From: a virus
Virus record (IMG/VR): IMGVR_UViG_3300046697_000246
Span: 9,291-73,290 of that record
Length of the DNA stretch: 64,000 bases
Reading direction: 5' to 3' (one strand)
Part shown: positions 49,041 through 57,000 of the stretch, one piece after another
Layout: the number at the start of each line of letters is the position of its first letter
Position numbering within the stretch: position 1 is the stretch's first letter
The notes under the pieces: model-generated
What the model saw: only the letters and a program-made list of their open reading frames with translations
What the model was told of the DNA's origin: nothing
The model's database searches: none
Made by a program: the position numbers and the translations under genes

Positions 49041-49300
49041 GGCTCGGCGAGCGCCTCGCGCGCTATGTCGCCAAGTCCGAAACTGCGGATGCTTTGCGAT
49101 TCTTCGGACTCGATGATTTCTTCGAGTGCTTTTTTGTAGCGCTTCACATTCTCACCGAGCGCAAAAATTTGTCTGGCATCGGCTCGAATCAGCCTGTCAG
49201 ATTCAAGCAGTTCGCCGATGAGTTGCAGTTTTGACACCTTTTTGTATCGTGCGGCGACTGTAATTTGTTCGCCGAATGTTTGTTCGCTCATAGAGTTCAT
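49022..49300 (-). CDS. hypothetical coiled-coil protein (cassette gene)
   Basis: Ends IAREAL..PSNASS inside attC site 3. Confidence 0.6.
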   Translation of the reverse strand: MNSMSEQTFGEQITVAARYKKVSKLQLIGELLESDRLIRADARQIFALGENVKRYKKALEEIIESEESQSIRSFGLGDIAREALAEPSNASS

Positions 49301-49521
49301 TTGTTCCTTTTCACGAGGCGTTCAGCCTCGAACTTGGTCAGCCCTATTGCCAGCTTGGTCACTTTTCCGAACTTGGTCACTTTCACCACCATCCAAGCGT
49401 TTCCTACCGTCGAGCATGGTTTTATTTGAAGTTTCATATTTTCAATTCGCCGTCTAACAACCGCATGAAGCCAATGCGGTTGGGCGTCTCTGGTTTGACG
49501 GGAAGTCTCTGGTGATTTCAT
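49297..49521 (-). CDS. hypothetical protein (cassette gene)
   Basis: Starts inside attC site 4; ATGA-coupled to the downstream gene. Confidence 0.55.
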   Translation of the reverse strand: MKSPETSRQTRDAQPHWLHAVVRRRIENMKLQIKPCSTVGNAWMVVKVTKFGKVTKLAIGLTKFEAERLVKRNK

Positions 49522-49557
49522 GGTTTGGTGTCCGCGTCGCTTATGCGGACGTTAGAC
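49452..49557 (+). repeat. attC-like site 4
   Basis: GTCTAAC..ccgcatgaagccaatgcgg / ccgcgtcgcttatgcgg..GTTAGAC. Confidence 0.85.
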
Positions 49558-49567
49558 GGCTTCAGTA

Positions 49568-49942
49568 TCACCAGTCTATGAGTATCGTGTGTTCACCGGC
49601 TTCAAGCAGCCCTTTGGCATGGAGGTCATTTGCCACCATTTGCAGGTCAGGGTAGAAGTTTCTATCCCACCAAAGTCCCAGGCTGTAGTCCGTTCGCCCA
49701 TCGGCCAGCGCTTTTTTTGGATCTCTTGCGAGCCACGCCGCGAAGCTCACGCCCTTTTCTTCATGGTTCACTTTTTCCGGCACAGTTGTTCGCTCGTGGT
49801 CACTTGCTTCGGATGGCACGTCTATTACCACCGTTCCGCGACTCATGCAGCCATCCTGTTGCTGTAGATTGTAGGGGCGTCCGTAGGTTTTCACCACGAG
49901 CGCATCCCATTCCGACACTTCGATCACTTGTTTTGTTTTCAT
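49568..49942 (-). CDS. conserved-looking phage hypothetical protein (cassette gene)
   Basis: YGRPY..QQQDGC..RG, W.RNFYP..ANDL. Confidence 0.7.
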   Translation of the reverse strand: MKTKQVIEVSEWDALVVKTYGRPYNLQQQDGCMSRGTVVIDVPSEASDHERTTVPEKVNHEEKGVSFAAWLARDPKKALADGRTDYSLGLWWDRNFYPDLQMVANDLHAKGLLEAGEHTILIDW

Positions 49943-49963
49943 ATTTGTTTATCGCTGTTCGCC

Positions 49964-50062
49964 GTCTAACAACTCACTCCAGCCAACCGGCGTTACGACT
50001 TGCCGTCCGCCTTCGCGGGCGACGCGCCTCGGTCGCCGGTGGCTGAGTTCGAGGCGTTCTCC
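49964..50062 (+). repeat. attC-like site 5
   Basis: GTCTAAC..ctc[c]agcca[a]ccggcg / cgccggtggctgag..GTTCTCC. Confidence 0.85.
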
Positions 50063-50286
50063 GGCACGAGTCCTTTGTATTTATGGAGTTGGTAGCGGAG
50101 GTGTTGGATTAGCGCGGCGCAGTTTTTCCCATCATCACCAAAGTCTCGTAAGGCGGCTTCGGCTTGCCACATTTGAGCGGTTGCCTGTGCGATGTGAGAC
50201 ATGACGTGTTCGCGTGCCGGAGAACAAGTCGCTGCACCCGCAACTGCCGCTGCCCGTTTCCGATTCTTGGCTTTTATTTTGGTCAT
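49993..50286 (-). CDS. hypothetical protein (cassette gene)
   Basis: Starts in attC site 6 and ends in site 5. Confidence 0.55.
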   Translation of the reverse strand: MTKIKAKNRKRAAAVAGAATCSPAREHVMSHIAQATAQMWQAEAALRDFGDDGKNCAALIQHLRYQLHKYKGLVPENASNSATGDRGASPAKADGKS

Positions 50287-50346
50287 AAAGTTTCAGTGCC
50301 GCCCACGGTCGCGCTCGGCGGCAGTGGGGTGAGCTTCACGTTCGGC
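50219..50346 (+). repeat. attC-like site 6
   Basis: GGAGAAC..gctgcacccgcaactgccgc / gcggcagtggggtgagc..GTTCGGC. Confidence 0.8.
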
Positions 50347-50350
50347 GTCT

Positions 50351-50998
50351 TCATTTTCGCGCCTCCGGTTTATCGTAGGGCAGTCCGACGAAAGCAAAGA
50401 CGGCTTCCTCGGATTCCATCGCTCGCGCTTCGTCACCCCGCGAGAATCCCGCACCGTATGGATTCCATTTCCATCCGCGTTCCTGCGCGGACATGCAGAT
50501 GCGCGTGTTGCTGTCCGCCGGGCCGGTTCGGCAGACGAGATAGTTGTGCCAGTTCTCCGCCGTCGCCGCGAAGAAGTCCACGGGCAGCCCGGTGGCACGG
50601 TGGCGCATCAGTTTATTTTTCGCGCCATACATTTCCGATCCGTTCACATTCTTGCGCCGTTCCAGCACGCCGGATTTTTCGAGCGCGGCGATTACTTCGT
50701 CCGCGAGATTTACCGTGATGCTGGCGAACATATCGGCAGGGTCTTGGCGCTCTTCGGTTTTTCCGATGTAGAGGATTTCAGCATCGCCCACGGTGGTCTT
50801 TCGCCGGCGCAGTGAGCCAGCGACGACGAGGCGCTCACAGACTGGCTTGAGCGCCGCGCAGAGTTCCGCAGCCACCTTCATTCCAACGGCGTTGTCGAAG
50901 CGAGGTTTCTGTCCAGACGCCGAACACATCGCTGCACCCGCAATGACTGCTGCGGTCACAGTTTTCGGCGATGGTGGCGTTTTTGGCGCAGCAGTCAT
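50351..50998 (-). CDS. minimal family X DNA polymerase-like nucleotidyltransferase (palm + thumb; cassette gene)
   Basis: AGSLRR....GDAEIL, PVDFF, RTG..D.N and E..VF...GL.Y..PE.R; start at ATG 50998 inside attC site 7. Confidence 0.8.
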   Translation of the reverse strand: MTAAPKTPPSPKTVTAAVIAGAAMCSASGQKPRFDNAVGMKVAAELCAALKPVCERLVVAGSLRRRKTTVGDAEILYIGKTEERQDPADMFASITVNLADEVIAALEKSGVLERRKNVNGSEMYGAKNKLMRHRATGLPVDFFAATAENWHNYLVCRTGPADSNTRICMSAQERGWKWNPYGAGFSRGDEARAMESEEAVFAFVGLPYDKPEARK

Positions 50999-51019
50999 GG
51001 GGTGAGCTTTGCGTTCGGC
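50919..51019 (+). repeat. attC-like site 7
   Basis: GCCGAAC..gctgcacccgcaatgactgctgcg / cgcagcagtcatggggtgagc..GTTCGGC. Confidence 0.85.
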
Positions 51020-51237
51020 TGCTTTATTGCTTGGGCATTCCAGTTGCGGCGGGCGGTGTGGCGAGTCCACGCCATTTTTCCGCTCCGACCGCATTTGGGA
51101 CATAGCAGCCAGATCAGTCCGCCGCCACCGTCCCATATCGGGAGCGTTCCACAGTTACACGGCAGCAGCCGAACAAGCCTGCCGGAGCCAACCGTGGTTG
51201 GCCGTCTCTTTTTATTCGCTACGGATTTCTTTTTCAT
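50995..51237 (-). CDS. Lar-like (restriction alleviation) Zn-ribbon protein (cassette gene)
   Basis: LLPC.CG...C.KC.......AR..WN; start at ATG 51237. Confidence 0.6.
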   Translation of the reverse strand: MKKKSVANKKRRPTTVGSGRLVRLLPCNCGTLPIWDGGGGLIWLLCPKCGRSGKMAWTRHTARRNWNAQAIKQPNAKLTP

Positions 51238-51278
51238 AAAGTCTCTAGTCCACGGCGGCGCATCAGGCACCGTTCGGC
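51168..51278 (+). repeat. attC-like site 8
   Basis: GCCGAAC..gcctg..ccgtgg / ccacgg..caggc..GTTCGGC; somewhat degenerate. Confidence 0.7.
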
Positions 51279-51805
51279 TTCTGATACACGATCCAGTGTG
51301 TTCGGGTGTTTCCGACCCGCTGACCAAATAGCGGCTTCTGGTCGGTGAGCGACAAAACGGTTGTCAGCTTCACCCGATGTTCATTCCATTTGAAAACGAG
51401 CGTTCCCAGAGGACACAGGACGCGGAAGCATTCACGGAAGCCGGCCGAGATTTCGTTGCGCCAGTCGAGCGGAAGGCTTCCGTATTTCTTTATCGTCCTT
51501 CCGTTCGGCCCGCACCAGGTATGCGGCGGGTCGAATACGACGAGCGCGAAAGTGCAGTCAGGGAATGGCAGTTCCTTGAAGTTTGCCAGCACGTCGGGAT
51601 TTACGACGATGCTTGCCGGTTTCGGGCCGGTGTGGTCTATAAGCGTTTCGCGGCGCTTATCCACGAACAGAGCGCGAGGGTCTGATTTATCAAACCAGAA
51701 CATCCGACTCCCGCAGCACGCATCCAGCACAGAAGCCGAACAAGTCCTTGGAGGCAAAGACGCCACGCCTTGCGCTCCATCATTGATTTCAATTTGAGTA
51801 TTCAT
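51263..51805 (-). CDS. SAM-dependent (probable DNA amino) methyltransferase (cassette gene)
   Basis: VLDACCGSRMFWFDK, LVVFDPPH, F.EC.RVL...G.LVFKW. Confidence 0.85.
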   Translation of the reverse strand: MNTQIEINDGAQGVASLPPRTCSASVLDACCGSRMFWFDKSDPRALFVDKRRETLIDHTGPKPASIVVNPDVLANFKELPFPDCTFALVVFDPPHTWCGPNGRTIKKYGSLPLDWRNEISAGFRECFRVLCPLGTLVFKWNEHRVKLTTVLSLTDQKPLFGQRVGNTRTHWIVYQKPNGA

Positions 51806-51856
51806 TTTACGTTCGAGGCGGCGCTGTCGGCGTCTTGCCTCAAGTCTGCGTTCGGC
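51735..51856 (+). repeat. attC-like site 9
   Basis: GCCGAAC..cttg[g]aggcaa[a]gacgcc / ggcgtcttgcctcaag..GTTCGGC. Confidence 0.85.
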
Positions 51857-52254
51857 GAAATGAATTGCACCGGCAGCCCCATCTCGTTTGCGATGGCGAT
51901 TTCACCCGCAACGCCTTTTGATTCCTTCCAGCCGTCGAGTGTCAGCACGATCATCGCGCAGCACGCGGCGAGGATGGCGCGGTCATACGCCTGCCAGTAT
52001 TCCCACCCCAGAGGCAGATCACCGGCCAGCGCAATTGGATGCGTGTGGCTGATAGGCGAGTAGATGTGCATTCCCTTCCGCATCAGTTCCGCCGCCGCCG
52101 CGTTGACGGCTCGGAAGCGTCCTTCCCGCACCGATGCGTCTGGGTGCGAGTATGGGGTTGCGAGATATACGAGCGTTTTCGCCGAACAAGCGGATGCAGG
52201 CAACAGCCGCTGGCCATCTGGTTTTTCAAGTGTTGATTCCATATTCAAAGTCAT
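51802..52254 (-). CDS. DUF1937 family protein (cassette gene)
   Basis: YLATPYSH, SPISH.HP, W...D..IL..C..M.VL...GW.ES.GV..EI..A; start at ATG 52254 inside attC site 10. Confidence 0.8.
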   Translation of the reverse strand: MTLNMESTLEKPDGQRLLPASACSAKTLVYLATPYSHPDASVREGRFRAVNAAAAELMRKGMHIYSPISHTHPIALAGDLPLGWEYWQAYDRAILAACCAMIVLTLDGWKESKGVAGEIAIANEMGLPVQFISPNADLRQDADSAASNVK

Positions 52255-52293
52255 TTGGTCTTCGGCGGCTGTGCCTGATCCGCAGCGTTCGGC
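52181..52293 (+). repeat. attC-like site 10
   Basis: GCCGAAC..gcggat[g]caggca[a]cagccg / cggctgtgcctgatccgc..GTTCGGC. Confidence 0.85.
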
Positions 52294-52300
52294 GGCATTT

Positions 52301-52549
52301 TCATTCGATGCAAACAATACGCTCGGAGCCGCATTCAGGACACACGAGTTTCCCGCCGGCCACGCATGGCATTCGTTCCTCTCCGCAGTTATGGCAGCCG
52401 TGATATTTTCCGCAGGCTTGTTCTACGCTCAACGTTGCCGCCGAACAAACCGTTGCAGATAATTCGCTCTGCGCCTTCTGTTCTCGCTGCTCTCGTCGGC
52501 GAGCAACGCGCGCATACACGAGGATGGATGTTGGGTCAAAGTCGCTCAT
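52301..52549 (-). CDS. small Zn-ribbon protein (cassette gene)
   Basis: CHNC...CPECGS. Confidence 0.55.
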   Translation of the reverse strand: MSDFDPTSILVYARVARRREQREQKAQSELSATVCSAATLSVEQACGKYHGCHNCGEERMPCVAGGKLVCPECGSERIVCIE

Positions 52550-52570
52550 ATCTGAACTTTCTCGTTAGCC
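52440..52570 (+). repeat. attC-like site 11
   Basis: GCCGAAC..ttgcagata / tatctgaa..GTTAGCC; weaker stem. Confidence 0.65.
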
Positions 52571-52854
52571 ATCGGTTCGACATCCACGCCTTTCATTCCA
52601 AGAAACGCTTTTCCGTGGATTGGGCATACAAACATATCGAAGTGGTGCTTGTGACTTCGGACGCGCCACTCAGCCTTGTTCTCGCAGAGTTCGCGGTCAG
52701 CTATGACCATACACGTCCGCTGGCTAACCCGGCGCTGCTGCGAATCCGTGCCTCGCTTTACGGACAACGGCATCATCACCATTTCGCGGCACCATCCGGC
52801 ACAGTAGCCGTCATCCGTCACCAGTTCTTTTTTGCATTTTGGACACGTTCTCAT
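52546..52854 (-). CDS. Cys-rich hypothetical protein (cassette gene)
   Basis: The N-terminal CPKC..C..WC is encoded within the long loop of attC site 12. Confidence 0.55.
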   Translation of the reverse strand: MRTCPKCKKELVTDDGYCAGWCREMVMMPLSVKRGTDSQQRRVSQRTCMVIADRELCENKAEWRVRSHKHHFDMFVCPIHGKAFLGMKGVDVEPMANEKVQI

Positions 52855-52920
52855 ATTCGTTATTTTCCTTTGCGCTCCACATCCGCCGCCGGCACGGATC
52901 GCAGAGCTTGGTCGTTAAGC
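52722..52920 (+). repeat. attC-like site 12 (199 bp)
   Basis: GGCTAAC..gct[g]ctgcga[a]tccgtgcc / ggcacggatcgcagagc..GTTAAGC. Confidence 0.8.
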
Positions 52921-53193
52921 CGCTAGCTTCAGTTTGTGGCAGTTTTTTATTTCCTCACAACATTGCGGACAAGTTATCGCTTGCGGTGGGACATTCTCCC
53001 AAGCGGATTGATCTTGCTCATTTCCGGTCGCAGTTCCATCGAACGCTTGCCCGCAGATGGTAAATTCCGAATTGAGAGCACTTATCCGGTGGACAAATCC
53101 ATCACCTGTTTTTCCGAAGCCCGTATTCTTTCGGGGCCGCGGCTTAACCCGTCGCTGCTGCGGACACGGCTTGGCGTCTTGGGATTTGCTCAT
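52915..53193 (-). CDS. hypothetical Zn-binding protein (cassette gene)
   Basis: VH.....T.CG.A.D...ITCP.C. Confidence 0.6.
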   Translation of the reverse strand: MSKSQDAKPCPQQRRVKPRPRKNTGFGKTGDGFVHRISALNSEFTICGQAFDGTATGNEQDQSAWENVPPQAITCPQCCEEIKNCHKLKLAA

Positions 53194-53250
53194 AAGGTTT
53201 CTGGTTTGCCTGCGTCCCCATGTGCCGGGTCGCAGAGCGCGTCGTTCGGC
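53142..53250 (+). repeat. attC-like site 13
   Basis: GCTTAAC..cgctgctgcggacacggc / gccgggtcgcagagcg..GTTCGGC. Confidence 0.75.
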
Positions 53251-53505
53251 CTATTCAGTTTTTTCGAGCCATTTCGCATATTTTTGCGCGGCTTCCTTGA
53301 CGGCTTCTTCGAGTGTTTCTTTGCTTTTGGATTCACAGTAGCAGTCACCATGTATTGTAACACAGTAGCCACGACCAGCCCCCATTAACTTGAACATCTT
53401 GACCTCTTGCCCATCATCTAGTGCAGGCGCCAACGACTCTTGGCGATTTCCGTTCGATGTTTTTTTCTTCATTGGTTCTTTTGATTGTGATTTTTTAATT
53501 TTCAT
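53251..53505 (-). CDS. hypothetical protein
   Basis: 84 aa; overlaps the end of the DUF5131 gene. Confidence 0.5.
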   Translation of the reverse strand: MKIKKSQSKEPMKKKTSNGNRQESLAPALDDGQEVKMFKLMGAGRGYCVTIHGDCYCESKSKETLEEAVKEAAQKYAKWLEKTE

Positions 53506-54499
53506 GCGGATCGTTAAAATCTTTTGGCCATTCCCTGATTTGAAGATGTTTCGGAAACTTGCTCATGTCGGTTTCAACTTTGCCGTCCATTGAAACTTGT
53601 TTTACCCACACCGGAATTCCAGCCTCCAAGCCTTGCTCGACCAGCGACTCAATCCATTCGATCTTGCACTCGCGACGGCGCGGGCCGGACTCGCAGCCGA
53701 TGATGAGCCAGTCAATCCCAACACCAAGTGCCCAACCGTCTTGAAACTTGGTCGAACCGGTTTTTACTTTCATCAAATCTACCGGCCCCAGCAGCGGTTC
53801 GAGCGAAAGACCCCGGCACGCCGCCGGAATCTTGAGCGCATCCCGGACGCGCTTGTCGGCCATCGGCTGATTTTCAACCGAAGTCAGAAGGGTGATATTT
53901 TTGTGCGGATGGTCGTAGGTAATCCATTCATTCAACCAACCAAGCAATCCACAAATCCATTCGTCGCGTCCCCCGGCATTGTGTTTTTCAGCGAGATAAT
54001 TCACCGTCGCCGACATTCGCGGAAAGAAATTCTCCGGCCTCTTGGTGCAGTTGATCAGCGTCACGTCCGGGCATCGGCGTTGAACGTCAAGGAAATGAGC
54101 GAAGGTTTCAATCGGCCACTTTAAGTCCAAGAAGTCGCTGTTTGAATCGCAGAAGATTTTTCTGATGTGGAAATTCATGCGGCACAAATTGTCGCCATCA
54201 CCACGGCAAAAATGGTTCGTAGGCTCTTTGAACGCCTCGCCGCAGTCGTCGCAAATCAGCGGTCGCCGGTTCATCGCCAGCATGGACTTCTCGAAGCCCT
54301 TGACCGGCACGCGGGCGCCATGCGGCCCCCACGTCTCAACACGTTCCCCGCGCATTCCCGGCCATCTGCCAGATCGCAGCACGCGGGCGGGAGTGTCCAT
54401 CGCGGCAAAGCAATTTTTGCAGCCTTCCGAAATGCGGGAACAACCGATTACGCAATTTGAGGATGAGTCCGCCCAGGAAATTGAAGTTTTAGTTGCCAT
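53495..54499 (-). CDS. phage Gp37/Gp68 (DUF5131) family protein
   Basis: T.I.W....N...GC.RIS.GC.NCFA, TKRPEN, SVENQ, S.EPLLG, DW.I.G.ESG, P.WVKQ; start at ATG 54499. Confidence 0.85.
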   Translation of the reverse strand: MATKTSISWADSSSNCVIGCSRISEGCKNCFAAMDTPARVLRSGRWPGMRGERVETWGPHGARVPVKGFEKSMLAMNRRPLICDDCGEAFKEPTNHFCRGDGDNLCRMNFHIRKIFCDSNSDFLDLKWPIETFAHFLDVQRRCPDVTLINCTKRPENFFPRMSATVNYLAEKHNAGGRDEWICGLLGWLNEWITYDHPHKNITLLTSVENQPMADKRVRDALKIPAACRGLSLEPLLGPVDLMKVKTGSTKFQDGWALGVGIDWLIIGCESGPRRRECKIEWIESLVEQGLEAGIPVWVKQVSMDGKVETDMSKFPKHLQIREWPKDFNDPHEN

Positions 54500-54513
54500 T
54501 TGTAGTGATGACC

Positions 54514-55506
54514 TCATGCCTCAATGAATGCCGGTGTTTTACCGCCCCGATTTCCGACATTGATGTCCTGATGGGCAATGACGCCGGCAATCTTGCCTTC
54601 CGAATCCGTCAGGGCTTGCTTCAATCCCGTCAAATCCCATTCAACCTTGCGGACCAGGTCCGGCCTGGATTTCATCAATTGGAAATCATTGATCTGGTCA
54701 ATAATCCAGACTTTTGTGATCGTCTGGCCTTTTGCCCGGCTGATTTCGGGAGTCTTGCTCTCGATGTAGCTGGCCTGCGCCGCGTGCTCCGCCGCCGCCT
54801 GCGCTTCCGCCACGGCGCGGGCTTGTGATTCTGCTGCCAGCCTGCCCGCCTCCGCCTTGGCCTCCGCAGCGCGTTTATCAGCCTCAATGCGGGCGAGTTC
54901 GGCGGCGGCACGCTGTTTCTTGTTGGTTGCGTCACGCGCCAGCCGCTCGGCGGCTTCCCGCTCCTCACGCGCCTTACGCTCGGCTTCCGCTGCAACTCGG
55001 GCGGCCTCCGCCTCTCGCGCCGCCTGTTCGCGGGCGATGCGAAGCAACTCCGCCTGTTTCTCGGCCTCAATCCGGGCGAGTTCCTTCCGCTGCAATTCTT
55101 CCTCCTCGGCCCGCCGGCGCAGCTCGGCGCGCATGAAGTCCTTTTCAAGACATTCAAGTCGGCCATCCTCGCGCAAAAGCTCGTCAATTTCTTTGTCCAC
55201 GATGCGCTTGACCGTGCGCTGATATTCCAGCGCCGGGTCGGTCAGTTCCCGGCGGCACTTTTCAAACGCCCGGGCGATTGATTTGATATTCTGCCGGGCG
55301 CGCGAGGACGCCTCATTTTCTTTTCCGGTCTCGACCTTGCCGATCAGGGCGGACGCCGCAAGGGCGTCGGATTTTGCCGCAAGTGCGGCGGGTGAAATTG
55401 TAATCGGCTCGGATTGAAATCCGCCGAGAACGAGTTTGTTGTTTTCTTGTGTCACGGTATTTTTTGCGGTCTCTCCCGCCGTCAAGCCTGCCGTGGGGCT
55501 TTCCAT
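54514..55506 (-). CDS. coiled-coil protein of the recombination module
   Basis: Long E/A/R-rich coil; directly downstream of the recombinase. Confidence 0.65.
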   Translation of the reverse strand: MESPTAGLTAGETAKNTVTQENNKLVLGGFQSEPITISPAALAAKSDALAASALIGKVETGKENEASSRARQNIKSIARAFEKCRRELTDPALEYQRTVKRIVDKEIDELLREDGRLECLEKDFMRAELRRRAEEEELQRKELARIEAEKQAELLRIAREQAAREAEAARVAAEAERKAREEREAAERLARDATNKKQRAAAELARIEADKRAAEAKAEAGRLAAESQARAVAEAQAAAEHAAQASYIESKTPEISRAKGQTITKVWIIDQINDFQLMKSRPDLVRKVEWDLTGLKQALTDSEGKIAGVIAHQDINVGNRGGKTPAFIEA

Positions 55507-55519
55507 TCGGTTTTAGATT

Positions 55520-56452
55520 TTATCCCTTGATGATTTTCAGCGCGGCCAGAAAGCCCGTCTTGTTTTTGAGCAGCCGCTTCGCCTCCTCGGTTTTGATTTC
55601 CGAAAACATGGTCAAGCTGTCCGCATCGGCGATGTTTCCCGAATCCGTCCCGAATTTGACGACGTGCCCCAGATCAAACCCGGCACCCAATACCAACGCT
55701 TCAAGTTCGGCTTGCGGCGTAGTTTTCTCCGGTGCGGACTCAGTTGGAATTTGACGCGGGGGTTCGCCAGGGATTTGCGCGAAAACCGGCGCGGGCGCGG
55801 GCGCATCGGCGGAAATAATCGCAGAGATGGTATCAATCATTCGCAGTTCATCGCCCTGATACAATCCACCGAGCAGCGTCGGGAATGTCGCGCGCAAGGC
55901 GTCGGCCTCGGCGCACTTCACGATCTGACCAGGTGTTTTGGCTTCTGACCAAAACGGCGTCTCATAACCCGGAATCATGGCCGACACAGATAGCCGGCGG
56001 TAAGTCGGCTTGCGGCCTTTGCGGTGAACTCGCGCCCAACCGCCGACGCAGATTTCATCCTTCAATTTGAAGTCGCCATCGCGCTCGGTTACGACGTTGT
56101 TTTCCGGGTTCACCAAAATAATGCCGGACTCCATGCCCTCGTAATCCGCGCAAGTTTCGGCGCGCTTCAAAAACGCGACGTGTGCCGTGATGAGAGAAAA
56201 CACCGCGCCATTTTTTCCATCGTATCCGCAAAGAAAACAGTCGCCCGCGAATGGATTAAGCCGCTGCGCCTGGCAGAGCATCATAAACCTCACCGCATCG
56301 CGCACGGTGCAAACCTTTCCCGTTTTTGTTGGAATGCAAACGGTGTTTTGGATTATTGAAACCGACAGTTTGATTTTGTCGGCTGATCCGAATGGAATGA
56401 ATTCCATCGGCTTTTCGGACTTGTCTATTGTTTGAACTACATTTGTGCTCAT
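55520..56452 (-). CDS. bet: Bet/RecT-family single-strand annealing recombinase
   Basis: F..LC....LNPF....L..Y, GGWA.V.RK.R, W....P.....KCAEA.ALR..FP. Confidence 0.8.
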   Translation of the reverse strand: MSTNVVQTIDKSEKPMEFIPFGSADKIKLSVSIIQNTVCIPTKTGKVCTVRDAVRFMMLCQAQRLNPFAGDCFLCGYDGKNGAVFSLITAHVAFLKRAETCADYEGMESGIILVNPENNVVTERDGDFKLKDEICVGGWARVHRKGRKPTYRRLSVSAMIPGYETPFWSEAKTPGQIVKCAEADALRATFPTLLGGLYQGDELRMIDTISAIISADAPAPAPVFAQIPGEPPRQIPTESAPEKTTPQAELEALVLGAGFDLGHVVKFGTDSGNIADADSLTMFSEIKTEEAKRLLKNKTGFLAALKIIKG

Positions 56453-56510
56453 GGTTTTATTTTTTGTTGATGTTGACTGCTAAATTTCCTTTTCGGTTGG
56501 TTGGTTTGGT

Positions 56511-56984
56511 TTATTTTTTCATGGGCATCAGCAACCCATCGCCGTCGGCGAACTCGAACCACATGGGATCGTATTCACCACCGCAGTTCGGCGCGATTTT
56601 AACTCCGGGCAACAGCCTCAACAGTGCAAGATATTGGGTCGCCAACCGCCGGTTTCCAATGTCAGAAAATTCACGCGGCCTGCAATCGCATTGAGTCTTG
56701 TGTCCGCATTCTTTGCAGGTTACAAAACCTTCATCTTTGCATTTTTGACATACCGGCTGCGGAATCGGCTGGAAAACAGCCCCCTCTTTTGAGGGAGCAT
56801 ACGCAAAGACTACATCCACGTTCTTTTTGAAACGTTCACCGTCCATCACGCCAGGCACTTTTCCTTTGAGCCGAATGGCTATTCTGCGGTTCGTCGCATA
56901 AGTGTTTCCACCAGCAACGAATGGCGCGCTGCATATTTCGCCTTTTTCTTGGTCACAGAATCGTTTAAGAAGTTCAATTTTCAT
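56511..56984 (-). CDS. hypothetical Zn-finger protein
   Basis: YATN...AIR, CQKC...CKEC...C.C, F.F..G.GLLMPM. Confidence 0.65.
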   Translation of the reverse strand: MKIELLKRFCDQEKGEICSAPFVAGGNTYATNRRIAIRLKGKVPGVMDGERFKKNVDVVFAYAPSKEGAVFQPIPQPVCQKCKDEGFVTCKECGHKTQCDCRPREFSDIGNRRLATQYLALLRLLPGVKIAPNCGGEYDPMWFEFADGDGLLMPMKK

Positions 56985-57000
56985 AATTTTGTTGATGTGA

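Larger units (their letters stand above)
46560..53250 (+). mobile_element. array of integron attC-like gene cassettes lacking an integrase (CALIN-like)
   Basis: 13 complete ...AAC-hairpin-GTT... sites plus half-sites with R' at 46574 and 47506; cassette ends are mutually complementary. Confidence 0.85.

Noticed and set aside
46560-53250. CRISPR array, REP elements or terminators as explanation for the repeated hairpins
   Set aside because: The repeats differ in sequence and length, separate whole genes, lack U-tracts and show attC-specific AAC/GTT ends with unpaired bases.
53425-53520. Possible 14th attC site (AGGCGCCAAC ... GTTAAAA)
   Set aside because: No convincing stem and an imperfect match to the R' at 53244; at most a decayed site.
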